Below, in pieces: positions 26,709-34,162 of a DNA stretch of 45,247 nucleotides (position 1 is its first letter; each line of letters begins with the position of its first letter). The stretch covers positions 1 through 45,247 of the forward strand of contig SBAZ01000013.1 in the NCBI GenBank assembly GCA_005239935.1, read 5' to 3'. The notes beneath the pieces are model-generated. The model searched no databases and was not told the origin of the DNA. It saw only the letters and a list, made by a program, of their open reading frames with translations. The position numbers and the translations under genes were made by a program. Source of the stretch: Planctomycetales bacterium. GTDB lineage: Bacteria; Omnitrophota; Gorgyraeia; Aquiviventales; Aquiviventaceae.

Positions 26709-29516
26709 TTACAGCGGTACGACGCGACGCGCGCGCCGTCCCTGGGCTCCAAAATGGTTCCGGGTGTCCACAATGACGCGGGCGTGGCGCAGGACCTGGT
26801 CGTAGTCCACGTGTGTGTGGTTGGTCAGCAGGACCACGCAGTCGGCCCCGCGCAGCTGGGCAGGGGTCAGCGGGACCGACCGCTGCACCTGGCCGTTCAG
26901 CTCGGCGGTCGGCACGTGCGGGTCATGGTAGCGGACGACCGCGCCGCGCTCGGCGAGGTGCTTCACGACGTCGAAGGCTGGGGAGTCGCGCGTATCGCTG
27001 ACGTCCTTCTTATAGGCCAGTCCAAGCAGGAGCACGACGGCCCCCTTCAGCGCCCGGCGACGCTCGTTGAGGATGCGGCCCACGCGCTCCGCGACGACTT
27101 CGGGCATGCCGCCGTTAATCTGTGTGGCGAGCTCAATGAAGCGCGCCTCATAGCCGTGCACCCGCACCTTCCACGCCAGATACATGGGGTCCGATGGAAT
27201 GCAGTTGTGCACAATAATGCCATAACTCGTGACGAACGTATGGGTCGTGTCCACTTCGGCGGAATACACCATGCGGCGTCCCCGCTCCGTACGACGCTCC
27301 CGCAACGGCACCCCGACGTAGCCGTCGTACCTGCGGAACGAGCGGTTCGGCATGCGCTTGACATGCCCGTTCAGATACCCCAAGAGCCTCCGACGCTTGT
27401 GCCCATCAAGCCATCCGGCGCATCGGCGTACCTGTGTCTCGCCCGTGATGTAGAGGAGGTTCGGCCGGCGCTTGAAGCTCGGCACAATGCCCGATCCCTG
27501 TAATAGCAGAACCACTTGCTGAAAGAGCCGAGGATTCACGGTGTAGTAGTTCACCACGCCACGGTTGACGCGCGTGCGATACCATCGTCCGCGCTTCATG
27601 GCCACGCGCCAGCCGTGCGCCGTCTCCACCCCGCCGTCACCGCGCAGGAGTCCAGCCAGGACCGCCTCACGGTGCCTGACGCTCAACCCGAACACCACGT
27701 CAGGAATCCGCATCGAATAGGAGTCGATGCCACAGCGCAAGGCATCCCGAAGCAGGATGCCGAAAGGCACGCACGACACCTTCACATGGGAGGTCCGCCA
27801 CTGCCGATCGTCGAAGGTGCTCCAACGAAACCCTAGACCATTCAGAATCCGTTTGACGTCCTCCAGGTATTCGCGCTCCGCTCGATTGAATGAGAACCGG
27901 ACACGCAGGGATTCGTCCTCCGTGATGCACCCCTCGCTCAGGTAGTAGCCGAGGAGGCGGCACACGTCTTCGGTCAGATCGATGACCGCCGGGCAGGCGG
28001 TCCAAGATGGTCCTTTGCCGGACGTCAGTCGCACCTCACGGTGATCGACCGCGGGAAATCCCGGCTGCCGACGGGCCTCAAGGTAGGCAGCCAGTGGAAT
28101 CGCGTTGCGCCGATAATACTCCCAGGGGTCTCGGCGGTACCGCTTCAGCACCGGCCGCAGCCATGGACGGAATCGCTTCCAGGACCACCCGTTCGGCATA
28201 ATCCGGATCCGTTCACGATATGCCGGGTGGCCCGCGAAATGCTCAATCAGATCCACCGCGTGCTGCGGGACCCCCTGGGGTAGCGAGTCCATCACGACCA
28301 ATTCATCGCTCGCCAGGACGTCCTGCGCAAACTTGACACCCAATCGCCCATTCTGGATGACCATGGGGTGCCGGTTCGTGACGCGCAATTCGCGGCCGTC
28401 CCCGGCGCGCAAGTGCACCATCGGGCCGTCATAGGGCCTGGAGACAAGCCACTGCAAGGGCCGAAAGATGCTTTTGCGGCGTTTCAGGTCAAACGACAGT
28501 GTCTGAAGCCCCCGCGGCCGGATGAACGTCATGCCCTGGCGCCGGTGGACACGTTCGGGCTGCTCCATTGCCAGCTGATGAAACGCCTCTTTGAAACTGG
28601 TCACCTCCACGGTCTCCCCGCGTTTCAGCACAAGAATCTCGCGTCCATCCAGGCAATGCCCACCGATGCCAGGGCCGGGATAAAACGGCATAAACCCGAA
28701 CGGCTTCGTGCGCGCCCCTTCGATGACCTCCCAGACGTTGATGCCGAGGCGGTCACAGATGAGGGCGATCTCGTTGACCAAGCCGATATTCACGGCCCGG
28801 AAGGTGTTCTCGAGGATCTTGACCATCTCCGCGGTCTTCGCCGAAGACACCGGCACCGTCTTATGGATGACCGAGCCGTAGAGGGCGGCCGCCAACTGCG
28901 TGCACGCCGGCGTGGCCCCACCGACCACCTTCGGAATGGTCCGCGTCGTGTAGGTGGCGTTGCCCGGATCGATGCGCTCCGGCGAGAAGGCGAGTGCAAT
29001 GTCCCGGCCGACCTTCAGTCTACGCGCCTCGAGCGCGGGCTGCACGACTTCTTCGGTCGTGCCGGGGTACGTGGTGCTCTCAAGGACGATCAGCTGCCCG
29101 CGGCGCGCCCGGCGCGCAATCTCCTGTGTGGCCGAGAGGATGTAGGACATGTCCGGCTCGCGCGTCTTCCGCAGGGGGGTGGGGACACAGATGATGATGG
29201 CGTCCTGGGTCGCCAGGCCCGCGAAGGAGGTGCTCGCGCTCAAGCGGCGCCCCTTGCGCGCCGCGGCCAGGTCCTCGCTCGAGACATCCTCGATGTACGA
29301 GCGCGCGCTCAGCACGCCGCGCACGCGCCGCTTGTCCGGGTCGAACCCCGTCACCCGGAAGCCTTCCTTGGCGAACTCGACCGCCAACGGCAGACCGACG
29401 TACCCAAGGCCCAAGACCCCGACGCGCGCGGTCCGGCGCTCGATGCGCCGCGCCAGACGGGCCAGCGGCGGCGAGAGGGTTTTCCGTACCGCCTTCTTCG
29501 AGCGTCGGCTCGGCAT
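26709..29516 (-). CDS. UDP-N-acetyl-hexosamine 6-dehydrogenase family (TviB/WbpO/WecC-like), intein-containing precursor
   Basis: VGVLGLGYVGLPLAVEFAKEGF (NAD fold), IIICVPTP, LESTTYPGTTE, then PGPGIGGH|intein|CIPSDPMYLAWK, and a C-terminal LGLAYKKDVSDTRDSPA. ATG at 29516 lies 5 nt after the rfbB stop. 935 aa, of which 451 aa are extein. Confidence 0.85.
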   Translation of the reverse strand: MPSRRSKKAVRKTLSPPLARLARRIERRTARVGVLGLGYVGLPLAVEFAKEGFRVTGFDPDKRRVRGVLSARSYIEDVSSEDLAAARKGRRLSASTSFAGLATQDAIIICVPTPLRKTREPDMSYILSATQEIARRARRGQLIVLESTTYPGTTEEVVQPALEARRLKVGRDIALAFSPERIDPGNATYTTRTIPKVVGGATPACTQLAAALYGSVIHKTVPVSSAKTAEMVKILENTFRAVNIGLVNEIALICDRLGINVWEVIEGARTKPFGFMPFYPGPGIGGHCLDGREILVLKRGETVEVTSFKEAFHQLAMEQPERVHRRQGMTFIRPRGLQTLSFDLKRRKSIFRPLQWLVSRPYDGPMVHLRAGDGRELRVTNRHPMVIQNGRLGVKFAQDVLASDELVVMDSLPQGVPQHAVDLIEHFAGHPAYRERIRIMPNGWSWKRFRPWLRPVLKRYRRDPWEYYRRNAIPLAAYLEARRQPGFPAVDHREVRLTSGKGPSWTACPAVIDLTEDVCRLLGYYLSEGCITEDESLRVRFSFNRAEREYLEDVKRILNGLGFRWSTFDDRQWRTSHVKVSCVPFGILLRDALRCGIDSYSMRIPDVVFGLSVRHREAVLAGLLRGDGGVETAHGWRVAMKRGRWYRTRVNRGVVNYYTVNPRLFQQVVLLLQGSGIVPSFKRRPNLLYITGETQVRRCAGWLDGHKRRRLLGYLNGHVKRMPNRSFRRYDGYVGVPLRERRTERGRRMVYSAEVDTTHTFVTSYGIIVHNCIPSDPMYLAWKVRVHGYEARFIELATQINGGMPEVVAERVGRILNERRRALKGAVVLLLGLAYKKDVSDTRDSPAFDVVKHLAERGAVVRYHDPHVPTAELNGQVQRSVPLTPAQLRGADCVVLLTNHTHVDYDQVLRHARVIVDTRNHFGAQGRRARRVVPL
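27204..28655 (-). mobile_element. Intein A (484 aa) with a LAGLIDADG homing-endonuclease domain
   Basis: It starts with Cys (CLDGREILV), has block B TxxH (VTNRHP), carries LAGLIDADG motifs LLGYYLSEGC and VLAGLLRGDGG, and ends IIVHN followed by the +1 Cys. Codon arithmetic was checked against the sequence at both junctions. Confidence 0.85.
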
Positions 29517-29521
29517 CGGCC

Positions 29522-30556
29522 TCAGTCTGCCCGCGCCGTGTCTGTTCGCGCCGCGCGGGGCTCCGCGGAATCGAGCCAGTGGTACGACTCCTCGCGCAGC
29601 CCCGCCACAAGCGGCAGCCACCAGTCGGCGTGGTGTCGATACCAGGTGACGGTCCGCGCGAGTCCCTCACGGAACTCTGTCGCCGGCGCCCAGCCAAGTG
29701 CACGCAGCTTCGAATCCTCCACTCCATAGCGCCAGTCATGCCCCGGCCGGTCCGGTACGTGCTGGAGCAACCCGGACCCGCAGCCGACAAGTTGCAGCAC
29801 CGCGGTCGCTGTCTGCAGATTGGCCGCCTCGTGACCGCTCCCGATATTGTAGATCTCACCGGGTTCGCCGCACGACACCAATACCTCGAGCGCCCGGCAG
29901 AGATCCTCCACGAAGAGCCAGCTGCGGCGCTGCGAGCCATCGCCGTAGAGTGGAATGGGCTGCTGTTCGAGCGCCCGCGTGATGCACAGGGGAATGAATT
30001 TCTCCGGGAACTGGCCGGGCCCATACGCATTGGTCGGCCGCGCGACCACGACCGGCACGCCATAGCTGTGATGGTACGCGAGGACGAATCCGTCGGCTGC
30101 GGCCTTGCTCGCGGCGTACGGACTGCGCGGCGCCAGCCGTGCGGTCTCATTCACCTCACCGGACAGCATCGGCCCGTAGACCTCATCAGTACTCACATGC
30201 AGAATGCGCTCGACCCCCGCCCGCCGCGCCTCCTCCAGCAGGACCCTGGTACCCTCTACATTGGTGCGCACGAACGGGGCTGCGTTCGTGATGGAGCGGT
30301 CCACGTGGGTTTCTGCCGCGCAGTGCACGACGACCTGACAACCAGCCACCGCCATGGCAACCTGCCGTGGGTCTGTCACGTCTCCGCGCACCAGCCGGTA
30401 GCCCGTCAGCCTCGCCACATCCTCCACACGCGCGGTGGACGCCGCATACGTCAATACGTCGAGGTTGACGATCTCGTCCCCGGGATGTGTTGCCCGCCAC
30501 CGGCGGATAACATGCGAGCCGATGAAGCCGCACCCACCGGTCACCAGGATGCGCAT
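29522..30556 (-). CDS. rfbB: dTDP-glucose 4,6-dehydratase
   Basis: MRILVTGGCGFIGSHVIR, VVHCAAETHVDRSI, HVSTDEVYG, SPYAASKAAAD, YGPGQFPEKFIPL, LYGDGSQRRSWLFVED. The start shares 1 nt with the rfbA stop (TGATG at 30554-30558). Confidence 0.9.
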   Translation of the reverse strand: MRILVTGGCGFIGSHVIRRWRATHPGDEIVNLDVLTYAASTARVEDVARLTGYRLVRGDVTDPRQVAMAVAGCQVVVHCAAETHVDRSITNAAPFVRTNVEGTRVLLEEARRAGVERILHVSTDEVYGPMLSGEVNETARLAPRSPYAASKAAADGFVLAYHHSYGVPVVVARPTNAYGPGQFPEKFIPLCITRALEQQPIPLYGDGSQRRSWLFVEDLCRALEVLVSCGEPGEIYNIGSGHEAANLQTATAVLQLVGCGSGLLQHVPDRPGHDWRYGVEDSKLRALGWAPATEFREGLARTVTWYRHHADWWLPLVAGLREESYHWLDSAEPRAARTDTARAD

Positions 30557-31320
30557 CACTGCACCTGGGCCGGCTCGGCGCCAATGGCATCGCCGCGACC
30601 CGCCCTCGTCTTCTGCCGAACCAGCGCCGTGGCCCGGAAGAGGCTCTCCGGATGCCCGGCGTCCGTCCACCAGCCCTCGAGGACGTCGTGGTGCATCCGC
30701 CCGCGGTCGATGTAGAGGTTGTTCACATCGGTGATCTCCATCTCCCCCCGCGTCGACGGCCGCAGCGCCCGGATCATGTCGAATACCTCGGTGTCATACA
30801 TGTAGACGCCCGCAACGGCGTACGGTGACGGCGGATCTTTGGGTTTCTCGTGGATGCGAATCACGCGCTCCTCCTTCAACTCCGCCACCCCAAACCGCCA
30901 CGGGTCTTCGACCTCCTTCAACAGCACCCGAGCCCCTTCGCGCTGAGCGGCAAACCGTTCCACATACGCGCCGATGCTGCGCTCCAGGATGTTGTCTCCT
31001 AGGATGACGATGATCCGTTCCCCGCCCGCGAAGTGCTCCGCGAGGCTCAGCGCATCTGCAATGCCTCCCTCCCCCCGCTGGTAGGTATAGTCCAAATGCT
31101 TGAGGCCGAAGTCCTCTCCATTGCCAAGCAGGCGAAGAAAATCGCCCGCATTGTTGCCGCCGGTCACAAGCAGAATCTCGCGAATGCCCGCGTCGACCAG
31201 CGTTTGGATGGGATAGTACACCATCGGCCGGTCATAGACCGGCAAGAGATGCTTGTTGGTGATCCGCGTCAGTGCACCGAGCCGCGTCCCCAACCCGCCA
31301 GCCAAGACGACACCCTTCAT
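30556..31320 (-). CDS. rfbA: Glucose-1-phosphate thymidylyltransferase-type sugar nucleotidyltransferase (short form)
   Basis: MKGVVLAGGLGTRLGALTRITNKHLLPVYDRPMVYYPI, ILGDNI. ATGA overlap with the ugd stop (31317-31320). It lies immediately upstream of rfbB. Confidence 0.8.
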   Translation of the reverse strand: MKGVVLAGGLGTRLGALTRITNKHLLPVYDRPMVYYPIQTLVDAGIREILLVTGGNNAGDFLRLLGNGEDFGLKHLDYTYQRGEGGIADALSLAEHFAGGERIIVILGDNILERSIGAYVERFAAQREGARVLLKEVEDPWRFGVAELKEERVIRIHEKPKDPPSPYAVAGVYMYDTEVFDMIRALRPSTRGEMEITDVNNLYIDRGRMHHDVLEGWWTDAGHPESLFRATALVRQKTRAGRGDAIGAEPAQVQ

Positions 31321-34055
31321 GATCCCGAGCGCTCCGTCCCGCGTCCAACTCCGACGTAGGTGAACCCGAGCTTACGCATCTGCTCCGGCTCGTAGATGTT
31401 GCGTCCGTCGAGGAGCAGCGGCCGGCGCAGCAGTTTCTTGATGCGCCCGAAGTCGAGCTCCTTGAACTCGTTCCACTCCGTGACAACGGCCAGGCAGTCC
31501 GCGCCCCGCGCCGCCTCATACGGGTCCTTGCACATGGTCACCTTCGGCAGCAGATGGGCCGCTTCCTTCATGGCCTGCGGGTCGAAGGCCTTGACGGTCG
31601 CGCCCTCGTCCTGCAGCGCTTCGATGATGTCGATGGCGGGTGCATAGCGCATGTCATCCGTGTTGGGCTTGAACGCCAGCCCCAGGACCCCCACCGTCTT
31701 GCCCTTCAAGTTCCAGAGCGCGCGCTTGAGCTTGGCCACGAAACTCCGCTTGGCTTCCTCGTTGATCTTGCGCACCGCCTTGAGGAGCTCGAAGTCGTAG
31801 CCCAGCGTCTCCGCGATCTTGATAAAGGCGTCCACGTCCTTCGGAAAGCAGTTGTGGACAACCAAGCCGGTTCCGGCTACTAAGAGTTGATTGTCCGTCT
31901 CTACACTGTAGACGTACGTGCGGTCCTCGTAGGCCTTCACACGCCGGACCGGCAAGAGCACGTATCCCGGCCGGCGCCGGAATCCGCGCTGCCTGATCCG
32001 GCGCTGATACCGCCCCAAGGCCTGGTCAATCCGCCGGCGCTTCGCTGGCCCAAATACGTCTCGCAGCGATCGGAGCTGCTCAAGACCGCTGACACGCAGA
32101 ATATACGCGGGCCGAGTGGACTGGTTCATCCATCGCTCGTGCAGCGAGGGGACGATCCCCAGCGACTGCAGCAGCAGCACCACGCCTTCGGCCAACGCCT
32201 TGCTGGTCGTCGCGTACTCAAACACCACGTTCCGCCCACCCTGGAGCGCGGTGATGGAACCATCCCCGCTAAAGAGCCCCTGCAGCAAGGCCCGTCGCAG
32301 TCGAGGGGGGACGTTAAACGCGATGGTCGGCAGTCGCTTATCATGGGAGCTCGTCCCGCACTGCAGCACATCCCGCACCAGCCACGCCAAGAGTCTGCTC
32401 GACACGACAGTCGAGACGGCACCAGGAAACCAGACGACGTCGAACCGGATGCCGTAGCGATGCAGCATGGCATGGAGATCCCTCACATAGCCGCGCTCGT
32501 GTCGCCCGAACGAGATCCCAAGGCGCTCGCGAACCCCTCGCGCCCCTGATTCAGCCGAAATCCAGCCCTCCGCGAGGTAGTAGCCCAGCCAGCGCAGGAG
32601 CCTGGCATCCACCGGAAAGACTGCGGGAATCGTTGTCGCCTTGCCTCGTGCCGTGAAGAGCCGGATGCGCGACGGCTCGACCTGCAGTCCGCGAGCCTCC
32701 TGCAGATGTCGGTACACGCCCCACGCCATGACGCCATGGCGCGCGACGTCATACGGAGACTTAGCAAGCGTGCGGGGAATCGCCCCCAGCCAGCGGCTAG
32801 GAATACGCTCAAACGCTCCATCGGTCGCACGCAACCGCACCGAGAGTGCGGTACCACGCCGCTCGAGGGTTTCTAAGACATTGATCGTCCGTGCGGGCTC
32901 CAGCGTTGGAAGCCTTGTCGGGCTCACCAAGAGGTCGCCCTCGCGCACATCTCGTGCCTCGCGGATCTCAAGCGCCGTGGACCTCTCGTGCGCCACCATG
33001 ATCGGGTGATTGGCCGTCACGCGGACACGGCGCCCCATCATGGTTTCGAGTTCGACAAAGGGCCCCTCATACCATCGGCGCGTCAGACATCGAATGCCTG
33101 TCAGCGTGGCCCGGCGGCGTGTCTGGTCGAACGACAGCATCCGTCCACCTGCTGGCACCGCCACGTCAACCTCTTCCACGCGGCCGGCAACCGGATGCCG
33201 AGCGAAGATGTCCTGGAAGCGCTGCACGCTCACATGGGGACTGTTGAGCATGTACGTCGATTCCGTCCCCTCAAAACAAAACCCGCCGTAGCCGACGCCT
33301 GCATTGAGGAACGAGCGGCCGATGCGCGGATCCAGCCCCATGCCGTGGGCCACCTGCTGGATGTCGGCGCCGGAGCGCTCGCACACCTGGGCCACCGCAT
33401 TGATGAACGAAATCTTCATGGAGAGGAAGGAGTTCGACGCGTGCTTGATGAGTTCGGCGCTGGCGATATCGGTGACGACGATCGGGCAGCCGAAGGGCTT
33501 GTAGAGCTCGGTGAGCAGCTGTTTCGCCTTGGCGCTCTCCACCCCGAGGACCACGCGGTCCGGCTTCATCGTGTCCTGGATGGCCGTTCCCTCGCGAAGG
33601 AACTCGGGGTTCGAGGCGACGTCGAAGGGCACCTTGCGCTTGCGGTAGGTCTTGATGGTGTGGTACACCCAGGCCCCGGTCTGGACCGGCACGGTGGACT
33701 TTTCCACGATGAGGCGGTAGCTCGTCATGTGCTCCGCGATGCCGCGCGCCACCGCCTCGACATACGTGAGATCGGCCTCGCCGGTGTCCCGCTGGGGTGT
33801 GCCCACGGCGATGAAGAGGATGAGGGACTTCGCGACCGCCTCTTTCACCGATGCGGTGAACGTGAGCCGCTGCTCCTTCACGTTCCGGTGCACGAGTTCC
33901 TCAAGCCCCGGCTCGTAGTAGGGCATGAGGCCGCGTTTGAGGTTGGCGATGCGCTTCGCATCGTTGTCGAGCATGGTGACTCGGTTGCCCAGGTCGGCGA
34001 AGACCGCCCCGCTGACCAGGCCGACATGCCCGGCCCCAACGACACAGAGATTCAT
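31317..34055 (-). CDS. ugd: UDP-glucose 6-dehydrogenase, intein-containing precursor
   Basis: MNLCVVGAGHVGLVSGAVFADLG, LFIAVGTP, NPEFLREGTAIQD, GVGYGGF|intein|CFPKDVDAFIK, LGLAFKPNTDDMRYAP. ATG at 34055 is preceded by AGAGGA. 912 aa, of which 436 aa are extein. Confidence 0.9.
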   Translation of the reverse strand: MNLCVVGAGHVGLVSGAVFADLGNRVTMLDNDAKRIANLKRGLMPYYEPGLEELVHRNVKEQRLTFTASVKEAVAKSLILFIAVGTPQRDTGEADLTYVEAVARGIAEHMTSYRLIVEKSTVPVQTGAWVYHTIKTYRKRKVPFDVASNPEFLREGTAIQDTMKPDRVVLGVESAKAKQLLTELYKPFGCPIVVTDIASAELIKHASNSFLSMKISFINAVAQVCERSGADIQQVAHGMGLDPRIGRSFLNAGVGYGGFCFEGTESTYMLNSPHVSVQRFQDIFARHPVAGRVEEVDVAVPAGGRMLSFDQTRRRATLTGIRCLTRRWYEGPFVELETMMGRRVRVTANHPIMVAHERSTALEIREARDVREGDLLVSPTRLPTLEPARTINVLETLERRGTALSVRLRATDGAFERIPSRWLGAIPRTLAKSPYDVARHGVMAWGVYRHLQEARGLQVEPSRIRLFTARGKATTIPAVFPVDARLLRWLGYYLAEGWISAESGARGVRERLGISFGRHERGYVRDLHAMLHRYGIRFDVVWFPGAVSTVVSSRLLAWLVRDVLQCGTSSHDKRLPTIAFNVPPRLRRALLQGLFSGDGSITALQGGRNVVFEYATTSKALAEGVVLLLQSLGIVPSLHERWMNQSTRPAYILRVSGLEQLRSLRDVFGPAKRRRIDQALGRYQRRIRQRGFRRRPGYVLLPVRRVKAYEDRTYVYSVETDNQLLVAGTGLVVHNCFPKDVDAFIKIAETLGYDFELLKAVRKINEEAKRSFVAKLKRALWNLKGKTVGVLGLAFKPNTDDMRYAPAIDIIEALQDEGATVKAFDPQAMKEAAHLLPKVTMCKDPYEAARGADCLAVVTEWNEFKELDFGRIKKLLRRPLLLDGRNIYEPEQMRKLGFTYVGVGRGTERSGS
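31851..33278 (-). mobile_element. Intein B (476 aa) with a LAGLIDADG homing-endonuclease domain
   Basis: It starts with Cys (CFEGTESTY), has block B TxxH (VTANHP), carries LAGLIDADG motifs WLGYYLAEGW and LLQGLFSGDGS, and ends LVVHN followed by the +1 Cys of CFPKD. Both junction codons were verified in the sequence (tgt at 33278..33276; aac at 31853..31851). Confidence 0.85.
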
Positions 34056-34116
34056 GGTTCCATCCTCTTTGGAGGACGACACTTACGCGAAGCGCGTGCG
34101 TGGCACGAAGGCGCTA

Positions 34117-34125
34117 ATTATACCA
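34117..34125 (-). promoter_or_regulatory. Extended -10 promoter candidate (TGgTATAAT) upstream of ugd
   Basis: The minus strand reads ctggTATAATtagc (plus-strand attata at 34117-34122, cca at 34123-34125). It sits in the 107-nt gap between the lptD-like stop and the ugd ATG. No good -35 is present. Confidence 0.45.
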
Positions 34126-34162
34126 GATGCTCGGCGGGGAAGCGACTGCTTGCCCAGGCGCC

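Noticed and set aside
26709-34082. The possibility that the two over-long dehydrogenase genes are pseudogenes disrupted by an insertion element.
   Set aside because: The inserts are in frame with no stops and start and end with canonical intein residues (Cys1 ... HN / Cys+1). Their removal restores the exact family active-site motif. No IS-type inverted repeats or transposase are present.
34096-34108. A small palindrome, cgtgc-gtg-gcacg, in the ugd 5' UTR.
   Set aside because: A 5-bp stem is expected by chance in GC-rich DNA. It bears no similarity to the 23305-23319 palindrome and has no supporting context.
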